The notes beneath the pieces are model-generated. The model saw only the letters and a list, made by a program, of their open reading frames with translations. It did not search any database and was not told where the DNA came from. From a virus, in the IMG/VR virus record IMGVR_UViG_3300032163_000008, positions 15,205 to 79,204 of that record: 64,000 nt of DNA; one strand, written 5' to 3'. Shown here piece after piece: positions 38,633-47,494 of this stretch. Within the stretch, counting starts at the first letter, position 1, and each line of letters starts with the position of its first letter. The position numbers and the translations under genes were made by a program.

Positions 38633-41600
38633 ATGACAGGTAGTCGCTATAACAGTAATGTATATGAGAGCTGGACTTTAAGCAAAGACGCGGGGGGAAG
38701 TGACCTAGCAGGGTTACTCTTAGGTACTGGTGCAGCAACTAATGACACAAATCTATATAGAAGCGCAATAGGTACTCTAAAGACTGACGGCATTTTCACA
38801 GTTGGTGGAGCACTCAATGCCAATAGCACTCTAACCGTTGCAAGCACTCTAACAACTACAGGCTTTACAACTGGCTCTGTACATTTTACTGGAGCAGCTG
38901 CTGCCTTAACGCAAGACGCTACTAACTTCTTTTGGGATAACACAGACAAAAGACTGGGTATTGGAACGAATGCTCCAAGTGCAATTATTCACTCATACAC
39001 GACAGGAGCCATAGATCAGCTATGGGTTGAGCGTTATGGTGGTAGTGCAGCTACTAGAGGTAAGTTAAGGATCTGGCACTCTAATATTGGCTATAGTGGT
39101 GGTACTGGTGCAGATACGCTTCACACTGCCGATTGGGGACATGCTTTTCAGGTAAACAACCAATCTGCAGCAGCCTACGCCATGACTATTACGAATGGTG
39201 GACTTGTTGGTATTGGTACCACAGGACCATCTAACCTACTGACAGTACAAAACGTCTTAAACAGTGCTTCAGCGATTGCAGTATTACAACAGAATCAAGC
39301 GAGTACATCCAATCCTCTGGCACGACTAGATTTACTAGGAGTCTCAGGAACAGGATCTGCTGGTGGTGTTATATATCTTACTGAAGGTACTTATCCCACA
39401 TATATTAAAGGCATCAGAGATGCGTCTCTAACAAAATCAAAGCTTATATTTGGAACAAATAATGGTGGTGGAAACACAGTAACCGACTGGATGACTCTAA
39501 ACAGTGTTGGTGAGTTAATACTAACCAGCACCTCAGTGTCGAGCTCTACAGCAACGGGTACTTTAATTCTCAGTGGTGGTGCCGGTATCGCTGGTGCAGT
39601 ATATATTGGTGGAGCATTAAATGTAACAGGAAATATAACAGGAACCCTAGCCACAGCAGCCCAACCGAATATTACGAGTGTGGGTACACTAAGTGCTCTT
39701 ACAGTTACTGCAACGATCACAGGAAGCGTTAGTGGATCTGCGGCAACGGTTACAGGAGCTTCTCAAACAGCTATTACAACTCTATCAAATCTTGTATCAG
39801 TGGGAGTAATTACAACAGGTACTTGGCGCGGTACAGTCGTAGAATCGGTCTATGGTGGTACTGGCGTAAATAACGGTGGTAGAACTCTAACGATTGCAAC
39901 ACAGAGTGGTACTCTAACATTCACAGGAGCATCTCTAACTATTGGTGCTAGCGCATCAGTAGCTGGCTCAAATACCGGCGATGTAACTCTAGCTACGAAT
40001 CATGGCCTATCATTAACTAATCAAGTAATTGGAATGGGAACTCCTAGCACAGTTACAAGCGCTACGACAAATAGCGTTACAACTACAACACATACCCACG
40101 CCCTAACGGTTACGAAGTCAGATGTAGGATTGGGCAGCGTGGAAAATACAGCACTATCTACTTGGGCAGGCACTGGAAATATCACCACAGTAGGTACAAT
40201 TACATCTGGTACTTGGACAGGTGGTGTAATAGGTGCGACTTATGGTGGTACAGGTATAAACAACGGTGCTAGAACTCTAACCATTAGTACTAATGCTGGT
40301 ACGCTATCTTTCACGAACGCAAGTACAACGCTGACTATAGGTACTGCAGCAGCTTCAGTTAGCAACGCTAACACAGGTGATGTAACTCTAGCTACGAATC
40401 ATGGTCTATCACTAACTAATCAAGTAATTGGAATGGGCACACCGTCCACAGTGACAAGTGCCACAACAAATGCTGTAACAACTACAACACACAGCCACGC
40501 TCTAACAGTTACTAAGTCTGATGTAGGCTTGAGCGCCGTGGAAAATACAGCACTGTCCACATGGGCAGGTACTGGGAATATTACCACAGTAGGTACAATT
40601 ACATCTGGGTCATGGACTAGCGGCGTAATAGCCTCTAACTATGGTGGTACTGGCGTAAATAACGCAGGTAGAACCCTAACTCTTAATACAAATTCGGGTA
40701 CACTAGCATATTCTAGTGCAAGTTTAACTCTAACAGTTGCAGCGAATGCTACCGTTAGTGGATCAAACACAGGGGATCAAACAACTATAACAGGTAATGC
40801 TGGATCAGCAACATACGCGTCAAATACAACCATCACAGATGATACAACAACGGCAGCTACAATGTATCCTACATGGGTTACAGCTAATACTGGAAACATA
40901 CCTCAAAAGGTATCTAGTACGAAGCTTAGCTTCGTGCCTAGCACGGGAATTTTAAGTGCTACGGGCTTTGCAGGACCTCTGACAGGAAATGTAACAGGTA
41001 ACGTCAGTGGATCGGCTGGATCGGTGACTTGGGCTAACGTGTCAAGTAAGCCTTTTAACTATAGTGGCCAAGCTGGGCAACCGTCATGGTTATGGGGTAC
41101 AAGCGACGGAGTTGCATACTATGTGTGGAACCCTAGTAACTTTAATGTAAATTCCGCAACTACGGCTACTAACGCCACTAATGCCACATATCTAAATGTC
41201 GCAGATACCAGAGATACAGCACTTACTCCAAACAGTATGATCGCAAATAAGGTGCAGTCAGCTTTCACAAATATGAATGGTGGAGGTTGGAGATCTTTCT
41301 TAAACATACAGGGTTGGTCAAGTGGTTATGCTTCTTGGAGAATTATAGGGCCAGCAAATGCAAGTAATGATGACTTATGGTATCTACAGGGTGGCGTAAA
41401 TACTACTTGGGGTACTCAACACACAATCATGCACAGCGGTAACATTGGGTCATATGCACCAACTCTAACGGGTGGTGGTGCCAGTGGTAACTGGGGCATC
41501 AATGTAACAGGAACAGCGGCGTCTACTACGAGATTCTTCTCTACGAGTCACCCTACATCATACTATCTAGAGCATACTTGGGATGGCACGTATTGGTATA

Positions 41601-42061
41601 TTAATGGTAACCATCCTACTAATCCTGGTGCCAGAGTTGCACGTGCCGATACAGCCGGGTCAGCTACAACTGCTGGATCTGTCACTAACTCTCTAACAGC
41701 AGGAACAGGACTATCCGGTACAGCCTTTAATGGTAGTGCAGCACAGACTTGGAATCATGCTAGCGGTAACGGATATAATCATATTCCGACGGGTGGTCAA
41801 TCTACATATGTTCTGACGTGGGCATCTAGTGGTGCAGCGACATGGGCAGCACCTACAGGTGGAGGTTCTAGTGGATGGACTTATTACAGAGACTCTAGTG
41901 GTATAAATGCTACGGCACCCGTCATTAGAACGAATGCGCAGCAAATTGATGCAAACATAACGATGCTAGCCACAGAGAATGGTTTATCAGCAGGACCCAT
42001 TACTATTAGCAGTGGTGTTACTGTCACTATTCCAAGTGGGGCTTCTTGGTCTATTGTCTAA
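38633..42061 (+). CDS. Long fibre protein
   Basis: LGIGT..P units, GGTG repeats, TTTTH[TS]HA; C-terminal SAGPITISSGVTVTIPSGASWSIV. Confidence 0.8.
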   Translation: MTGSRYNSNVYESWTLSKDAGGSDLAGLLLGTGAATNDTNLYRSAIGTLKTDGIFTVGGALNANSTLTVASTLTTTGFTTGSVHFTGAAAALTQDATNFFWDNTDKRLGIGTNAPSAIIHSYTTGAIDQLWVERYGGSAATRGKLRIWHSNIGYSGGTGADTLHTADWGHAFQVNNQSAAAYAMTITNGGLVGIGTTGPSNLLTVQNVLNSASAIAVLQQNQASTSNPLARLDLLGVSGTGSAGGVIYLTEGTYPTYIKGIRDASLTKSKLIFGTNNGGGNTVTDWMTLNSVGELILTSTSVSSSTATGTLILSGGAGIAGAVYIGGALNVTGNITGTLATAAQPNITSVGTLSALTVTATITGSVSGSAATVTGASQTAITTLSNLVSVGVITTGTWRGTVVESVYGGTGVNNGGRTLTIATQSGTLTFTGASLTIGASASVAGSNTGDVTLATNHGLSLTNQVIGMGTPSTVTSATTNSVTTTTHTHALTVTKSDVGLGSVENTALSTWAGTGNITTVGTITSGTWTGGVIGATYGGTGINNGARTLTISTNAGTLSFTNASTTLTIGTAAASVSNANTGDVTLATNHGLSLTNQVIGMGTPSTVTSATTNAVTTTTHSHALTVTKSDVGLSAVENTALSTWAGTGNITTVGTITSGSWTSGVIASNYGGTGVNNAGRTLTLNTNSGTLAYSSASLTLTVAANATVSGSNTGDQTTITGNAGSATYASNTTITDDTTTAATMYPTWVTANTGNIPQKVSSTKLSFVPSTGILSATGFAGPLTGNVTGNVSGSAGSVTWANVSSKPFNYSGQAGQPSWLWGTSDGVAYYVWNPSNFNVNSATTATNATNATYLNVADTRDTALTPNSMIANKVQSAFTNMNGGGWRSFLNIQGWSSGYASWRIIGPANASNDDLWYLQGGVNTTWGTQHTIMHSGNIGSYAPTLTGGGASGNWGINVTGTAASTTRFFSTSHPTSYYLEHTWDGTYWYINGNHPTNPGARVARADTAGSATTAGSVTNSLTAGTGLSGTAFNGSAAQTWNHASGNGYNHIPTGGQSTYVLTWASSGAATWAAPTGGGSSGWTYYRDSSGINATAPVIRTNAQQIDANITMLATENGLSAGPITISSGVTVTIPSGASWSIV

Positions 42062-42071
42062 GGAGTGATGT

Positions 42072-42470
42072 ATGAAATTAAATGTTAACACCATTAAAGG
42101 CATAACAGCAGCCACCCCAACATTTAAAAACGCTCTTGGGGCGGAGTTAGGTCAGCCCTGCAAGGCTTTTATCGCCTTCAACGGATCTACAGGGGTGGTT
42201 AATTCCAACTTTAACATGCCATCAATCACAAAAGATGGCACAGGAAACTATAGGGCAAATATAACTCCAGGGACTTTCGCCACTGCAACATTCTCTATAG
42301 CAGGGACGTCTGTTATGCTCCCAACTTCGACTTTTAACCCACACAGGAGAGGCCTAGGAGTAGGAGCCATATCGACATCAGTAGTCTACTGTAGTACAGG
42401 GTATGTGACAGAAAGTGCGAGTACTTATGAAGATATGATGGTCAGCGTTGTCCTATTTGGACACGGATAA
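42072..42470 (+). CDS. Fibre-tip-associated paralogue 1
   Basis: CKAFIAFNG...FN..SIT..GTG.Y; FNPHRRG; YEDM. Confidence 0.7.
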   Translation: MKLNVNTIKGITAATPTFKNALGAELGQPCKAFIAFNGSTGVVNSNFNMPSITKDGTGNYRANITPGTFATATFSIAGTSVMLPTSTFNPHRRGLGVGAISTSVVYCSTGYVTESASTYEDMMVSVVLFGHG

Positions 42471-42474
42471 TATA

Positions 42475-42864
42475 ATGAGCACATTGGCAACAGATAGTAT
42501 CTATAGCGTACAGAACACAGTTCCTCCAGTGTTTAGGAACTCTACAGGAGCCGAGATTGGGAAGCTATGCAAGGCTTGGATATACTTTGATGGGGTTGCT
42601 CTAGGTATGGTAGCCTTCAACGTATCTTCAGTTACTAAGGATGGAACTGGTATGTACAGAATAAATATACCAGTGGGAATATTTGCAGATGCTAATTACG
42701 CTATAATGGGCTGTAATAGTGCGAGTGGCACATATAACCCTCATAGAAAGGGAATCGGTTTTGCGGCTCAATCGGCTACACAGCTTCCCTGCAATTCTGG
42801 GTATGTAACAGAAAATGCTACAGCCTATGAGGATCATCCCATGCATGTTCAGATGTGGTCATAA
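42475..42864 (+). CDS. Fibre-tip-associated paralogue 2
   Basis: CKAWIYFDG...FNVSSVT..GTG.Y; YNPHRKG; likely ATG 42475. Confidence 0.7.
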   Translation: MSTLATDSIYSVQNTVPPVFRNSTGAEIGKLCKAWIYFDGVALGMVAFNVSSVTKDGTGMYRINIPVGIFADANYAIMGCNSASGTYNPHRKGIGFAAQSATQLPCNSGYVTENATAYEDHPMHVQMWS

Positions 42865-42873
42865 GGAGATAGT

Positions 42874-43275
42874 ATGCCAGTAAATGTACAAACAATTCAG
42901 AGTCTAACGACAGCTCCTCCAGCGATTACAAACTCTTCTGATGTTGTAAAGGGTAAGTTATGCAAGGCTTGGGTGAACTATAACGCAATAGGAACCGTGC
43001 CCGTTCCTATCAGGGCTTCTTTTAATATTCCTTCAATCACTAGAAATGGTGTGGGTGGGTATATGATTAATATTACTCCTGGTGTTCTTGCAGACACTAA
43101 TTTCTGTCTCATCGGAAGTCAGACATACCCTCAAGGTGCATATGATCCTCATAGAAACGGCACGGGATTATCAATTCAGTCATCAACACTAGTATACCAA
43201 TCGATGTCTTGGGTATCTGAGGGTTCAAGTGGTTTTGAAGATATGACCCAGGGTTGTATTCAGATATATACTTAA
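42874..43275 (+). CDS. Fibre-tip-associated paralogue 3
   Basis: CKAWVNYN...SFNIPSIT..G.G.Y; YDPHRNG; FEDM. Confidence 0.7.
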   Translation: MPVNVQTIQSLTTAPPAITNSSDVVKGKLCKAWVNYNAIGTVPVPIRASFNIPSITRNGVGGYMINITPGVLADTNFCLIGSQTYPQGAYDPHRNGTGLSIQSSTLVYQSMSWVSEGSSGFEDMTQGCIQIYT

Positions 43276-43328
43276 AGTATAAAAAAGCTCCCGTGATAGG
43301 GATGCATGTAAGATAGGAGGAAGAACTT

Positions 43329-43763
43329 ATGAATATAGTATGGAGAAGACCTGATGGTGGAATATCAACTACACACCTAGCTAGCAATGCAGGGACTCCT
43401 GAGGAGCATGCTGAGGAATTGAAGCAGTGGGGAAATATTCCTGAGGATTGGGAGGTAGTTGCAACTCGCTATGACCTTCCAATGGAGCATCCCGAGTATT
43501 TTAACGCTTGGGAATGGCATGAGCAGGATGGGATTATACACAATATGGGTAAAGCCGCAGAGGTAACAAAGGAGCGTTTACGACGTGAGCGTGCACCTCT
43601 CTTAACTGCGCTCGATGTTGAACACTTCCGTGCAGATGAGGCTGGCGATACCGTTGCTAAGGCGGAAATCTCAGCCCGTAAGCAGGCGCTAAGAGACGTT
43701 ACAAAGAGAGTTCATAATAGGCTCACAATAGAGCAAATGAAGGCTATTAAGGTAGGGGAATAA
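43329..43763 (+). CDS. Tail fibre assembly chaperone-like protein
   Basis: YFNAW...LRRERAPLL.ALDV...KQALRD. Confidence 0.7.
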   Translation: MNIVWRRPDGGISTTHLASNAGTPEEHAEELKQWGNIPEDWEVVATRYDLPMEHPEYFNAWEWHEQDGIIHNMGKAAEVTKERLRRERAPLLTALDVEHFRADEAGDTVAKAEISARKQALRDVTKRVHNRLTIEQMKAIKVGE

Positions 43764-43764
43764 T

Positions 43765-44265
43765 ATGGTATCTACAATATCAGCAGTTGATTTGAATTTT
43801 ACTGGGAACATTACAGTAGCTGGAAACACAGTTATATCAGGAAACATGTCTGCTGCAGGCACAATATATGCCAACTACGCCGACTTAGCGGAGTATTTTG
43901 ATGTTAAAAAGGACGTCGTCCTGAAGCCTGGGGATCCCACGTCCATTGCAGGCCTTCGTACACTCACAACCTACAATGGAAAGAACTACGCAGGAATAAT
44001 TAGTACAGAGCCAGGAGTAATGCTAGGTAGGAGTCGCACTCAAGCCATAGCCCTAGCCCTAGCTGGCACGGTGCCTGTAAGAACTTCTGACACAAGCATA
44101 AAAATTGGGGACACCCTAGTATTAACAAAAAAGGGTAAGATTATTCGAAAGCGTTTTTGGAGCTTATTTTTGACTGTGGTAGGGATAGCGCAAGAGAAAT
44201 ACAAGAAGACCTCGTTTGGTCCCAACGGCAGTAGTGAGACTCTTTTGAATTGTTTATTAGATTAA
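43765..44265 (+). CDS. Stand-alone intramolecular-chaperone-like (ADLAEYF) protein 1
   Basis: YADLAEYF, AGIIST.PG, ALAGTVPV, IGD.LV, VGIAQE. Confidence 0.65.
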   Translation: MVSTISAVDLNFTGNITVAGNTVISGNMSAAGTIYANYADLAEYFDVKKDVVLKPGDPTSIAGLRTLTTYNGKNYAGIISTEPGVMLGRSRTQAIALALAGTVPVRTSDTSIKIGDTLVLTKKGKIIRKRFWSLFLTVVGIAQEKYKKTSFGPNGSSETLLNCLLD

Positions 44266-44274
44266 GGGGTATAG

Positions 44275-44637
44275 ATGACTTTTTCATTCGTTGATATTTC
44301 TGGATGCACCTCTGACACTAATAACGGGTTTAACGGCTCTGACTTTAAATATAAGATCGCACTATTCGCAGAGCTACTAGACACAATTCTCAATATACTA
44401 GATGTACCTAGCGCCTCAGTGTCGCTGGCTATCGGAAACGATGATCCTAGTACACTTGAGGCATTCGCAGTAGAACTAGAGAAGGGTCTCATAACTCTGC
44501 ATAATAGAATAATAGGTACACAATGGACACCCAAGGAAATGACTTATGAAGAGCGTCTCAATATGTGTCTGGTGCTCTCAGTGTCAATGCTCGACAATAA
44601 TTTAGATGGAGACAATAATGGTATCAACCCTAAATAG
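44275..44637 (+). CDS. Hypothetical protein sharing an N-terminal motif with the Cys-rich protein at 45492
   Basis: MTFSFVDISGCTSDTNNGFN. Confidence 0.6.
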   Translation: MTFSFVDISGCTSDTNNGFNGSDFKYKIALFAELLDTILNILDVPSASVSLAIGNDDPSTLEAFAVELEKGLITLHNRIIGTQWTPKEMTYEERLNMCLVLSVSMLDNNLDGDNNGINPK

Positions 44638-45043
44638 TAATATTGAGATAACGGGGAACTTAACTGCTGGAGGCACGGTAAGGGGAACCTATTCGGATCT
44701 AGCAGAATACTTTCTTGTGGAGGGCTCAATTCTGTGCGGAAACCCTACATCTATAGTAGGCTTTCGAAAAGTTGGGAAGTACAGTGGAAGAGCCTATGCA
44801 GGTATCAGAAGCTTTAGGCCAGCTATGTCGATGGGTGGAGACATTAGTAAGAGCAGCATTCCAATAGCCCTCAGTGGGTCCGTAAAGGTTAACACTAGAG
44901 ACCGAAGCATCAAATTAGGAGACAAATTAGTAGTTACAAAGCAAGGTACGGTTATCCGTAAGAGATGGTATCATTTGGGTTTACCTCTTGTTGGAGTGGC
45001 ACAAGAGGATTATAGGAAGAACTCCGTAATGACTTTGGTATAA
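44618..45043 (+). CDS. Stand-alone ADLAEYF protein 2
   Basis: YSDLAEYF; likely ATG 44618 after GGAG. Confidence 0.65.
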   Translation: MVSTLNSNIEITGNLTAGGTVRGTYSDLAEYFLVEGSILCGNPTSIVGFRKVGKYSGRAYAGIRSFRPAMSMGGDISKSSIPIALSGSVKVNTRDRSIKLGDKLVVTKQGTVIRKRWYHLGLPLVGVAQEDYRKNSVMTLV

Positions 45044-45046
45044 TTA
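45039..45046 (+). promoter_or_regulatory. TATAATTA motif overlapping stop codon
   Basis: Exact octamer upstream of the 45059-48203 block. Confidence 0.45.
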
Positions 45047-45058
45047 AAGGAGAATAAT

Positions 45059-45490
45059 ATGACATCAACTCTAACAGCAGCAGACTTATATATTTCAGGA
45101 AATGTTACCGCTGGTGGTACTGTGCAGGCCAACTACGCGGATCTAGCAGAGTATTTCCTTACTAAAGATACAATTGCTTGCGGTGACCCCGTTTCAATCA
45201 CTGACTTGCGTACGGTAGGAAAATATAACGGAAAATCCTATGCAGGGGTGAGAAGCACTATCCCCGGTTTTTCTATGGGCGGTGAGATGGGCGGAGGTAT
45301 TCCAGTTGCCCTAATCGGCTCTGTTCCAGTTAACACTAGAGATCAAAGCATCAGGATTGGAGATAAGTTAGTTTTAACTAGAAGTGGAAAAATTGTAAAA
45401 AAGAGATGGTTTCACGTGTTCACTCAGTATGTGGGAATTTCTCAAGACGCATATAAGGACGGCCAAGTAATGTGCCTATTAGGGGTGTAG
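45059..45490 (+). CDS. Stand-alone ADLAEYF protein 3
   Basis: YADLAEYF; AAGGAG SD. Confidence 0.65.
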   Translation: MTSTLTAADLYISGNVTAGGTVQANYADLAEYFLTKDTIACGDPVSITDLRTVGKYNGKSYAGVRSTIPGFSMGGEMGGGIPVALIGSVPVNTRDQSIRIGDKLVLTRSGKIVKKRWFHVFTQYVGISQDAYKDGQVMCLLGV

Positions 45491-45491
45491 C

Positions 45492-46034
45492 ATGGCATTT
45501 ACATACACAAATGGGTCAGGGTGTAATGCCAACACATCGAACACGTATAACAGCACGATACTTCCAACTAAGGGCTACATAAGAGCAGCTCATACAAACG
45601 AGCTGAGAAAGGCTCTTGAAGACTTCTACGCACAACATCAAGTAACTGCTCCAACATGGGCTGACACACCTACAGGAATGCCTGCTGGAACTCTAGTTAG
45701 AAACCCAGATATTAACGAACTAAGAACAGCTGTCAATAAAATACGACAGCTGGTATATCGATGCACTTGTGATTCAAACGGGTGTTGCGTCTGTCATAAT
45801 ACTGGAGGTTGCTGGATGGGAAGTACTTGCGTCTCCCAGTACTTTTATAACTACTCTTCTACTATGGCATTATACACATTCAGTAATGAAACCGGAGACA
45901 CCTCAGGGGCAGGTACACGAGTGACAACGAATGCAGTTGATAAGAAGTTTATAAACCAGATCAGGAATGCCATAGATGCGCCAAACTCTAATACAGCTCC
46001 CGCTTACTGGCAGAACTACAACCAGGCTTTCTAA
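45492..46034 (+). CDS. Cys-cluster protein, putative virion protein and rSAM substrate
   Basis: CTCDSNGCCVCHNTGGCWMGSTC flanked by three NELR.A / NQIR.A helices. Confidence 0.7.
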   Translation: MAFTYTNGSGCNANTSNTYNSTILPTKGYIRAAHTNELRKALEDFYAQHQVTAPTWADTPTGMPAGTLVRNPDINELRTAVNKIRQLVYRCTCDSNGCCVCHNTGGCWMGSTCVSQYFYNYSSTMALYTFSNETGDTSGAGTRVTTNAVDKKFINQIRNAIDAPNSNTAPAYWQNYNQAF

Positions 46035-47494
46035 TGAGAACTATTAATTTTATAACAACTAACAGCTGCAACGCTAACTGTTCCTTCTGTTTTGAGCAAC
46101 ATAAAAGGGATTTTAAAGCAGTAGCTATTTCAAATGAGGTCGTCGACAAGACTCTCGAGTACTTCTTCAACTTATGGGGGAATACTGACATAATTTCCAT
46201 AGACCTCTTTGGCGGAGAGCCCACTCTTGCAGAGGACACCTGCGTGTACACAGTTAATCGCGCAACCGAGATGGCTCGGGAGTATCGGATTAGTCTGAGA
46301 TTCTTATTATTCACCAACTGCTTTGTATTTCCTGAGAAGCTAGTAGAGGTACTCTTAGAGTCAAAAGCACTGGTTACAATACAGATATCTAATGAGGGTG
46401 TTGACAATCATCTTAAGGATCATAACAACACCACTCTTAGGGAAAAAATTCATAGTAACATCGAGAGGTACGTTGCAACGAAGCTTCCCGTTATTGTGAG
46501 AGCAACCATGAGTAGTGAGAGTCTAACTACTGCAGAAAACCTCCTAGAATCTGTGAAGCTAATGGTCTCTCTGGGATTAGATTCCTTCTACTTCTTTCCT
46601 ATTATGGAGCATGGATGGCAGGAGCACCACTTTAAAGTTTGGCGAGATGGCTTCCACCTAATCGCGGACTACTTATTCGAGTTACATAGTAAGAGCCCAG
46701 AGATACCCTTTAATGTTGGTAACTTTCTTCACGAAGTAACTGAGGAGATCCCCCCAATGTGCGCAGCAGGAGAGGACTATGTGTCAGTTAATACCGATGG
46801 TGAGGTGTATGCCTGTCAACGATTCTTGCCTATAGCCACAAACACACCACAGTCTATGGGGAGCGTGTTTACTGGAGTGGATTTAAAGCTTATTGGAGAA
46901 ATAGGTGCCCATGAGGGCTGCAGAGAGTGTAGGGTAAAAAACTGCAAGATCTGCCCAGCAGTATCTTATGTGGCTCAAGACGACAGGATCGTGATAGGTA
47001 GGGGAGACTACTGCAGAATTCGGCTGATAATGTGGGACGAATACATGTACTACACAGAAAAGATGCAATCTATAGGGCAATATAACCTTCCAACTTCTGA
47101 GCAGCTTGAAGAATTGGATTTAGTGCAATACATCGAAACAATGTTCTATAAGCTGTTTAATGTACCTAACCAGGATGCTGAGTCAGGTTACAACATATAC
47201 AACACTAGGACTTCATACATGACTAATATTATCCGATACTTCCTGAGGATGTCTAGAGTGTTTATAGACCTTACTGAGGGAGAGCTTGGGCTAGACACAT
47301 CTCTTACTGATGAGAGCCAGATACTGACCTACCTGATAAAATTTATCGAGAGCATTCTCTTTGAGATATACAATACAAACCCTCAGGTAACATACATATA
47401 CCACGACAATGCTACGAGTCTAACTAGTCTCTCAGCGATGCTAGTGCTATTACTCGAGGAGAAAGGCCAACGCTATGACAGAAACAATATATAA
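46034..47494 (+). CDS. Radical SAM enzyme with SPASM domain and helical C-terminal extension
   Basis: CNANCSFC, FGGEP, CAAG...DGEVYACQRF, CRECRVKNCKICPA...YC. Confidence 0.92.
   Translation: MRTINFITTNSCNANCSFCFEQHKRDFKAVAISNEVVDKTLEYFFNLWGNTDIISIDLFGGEPTLAEDTCVYTVNRATEMAREYRISLRFLLFTNCFVFPEKLVEVLLESKALVTIQISNEGVDNHLKDHNNTTLREKIHSNIERYVATKLPVIVRATMSSESLTTAENLLESVKLMVSLGLDSFYFFPIMEHGWQEHHFKVWRDGFHLIADYLFELHSKSPEIPFNVGNFLHEVTEEIPPMCAAGEDYVSVNTDGEVYACQRFLPIATNTPQSMGSVFTGVDLKLIGEIGAHEGCRECRVKNCKICPAVSYVAQDDRIVIGRGDYCRIRLIMWDEYMYYTEKMQSIGQYNLPTSEQLEELDLVQYIETMFYKLFNVPNQDAESGYNIYNTRTSYMTNIIRYFLRMSRVFIDLTEGELGLDTSLTDESQILTYLIKFIESILFEIYNTNPQVTYIYHDNATSLTSLSAMLVLLLEEKGQRYDRNNI

Noticed and set aside
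24208-41944. Many minus-strand ORFs of 60-226 aa within the fibre genes
   Set aside because: Antisense shadows of Thr/Gly/Ala-rich repeats, with no SD or recognisable motifs
42072-45490. Diversity-generating retroelement or invertible tip cassette
   Set aside because: No reverse transcriptase or recombinase in the window, no near-identical TR/VR pair with adenine-specific differences, and all paralogues are co-oriented without inverted repeats
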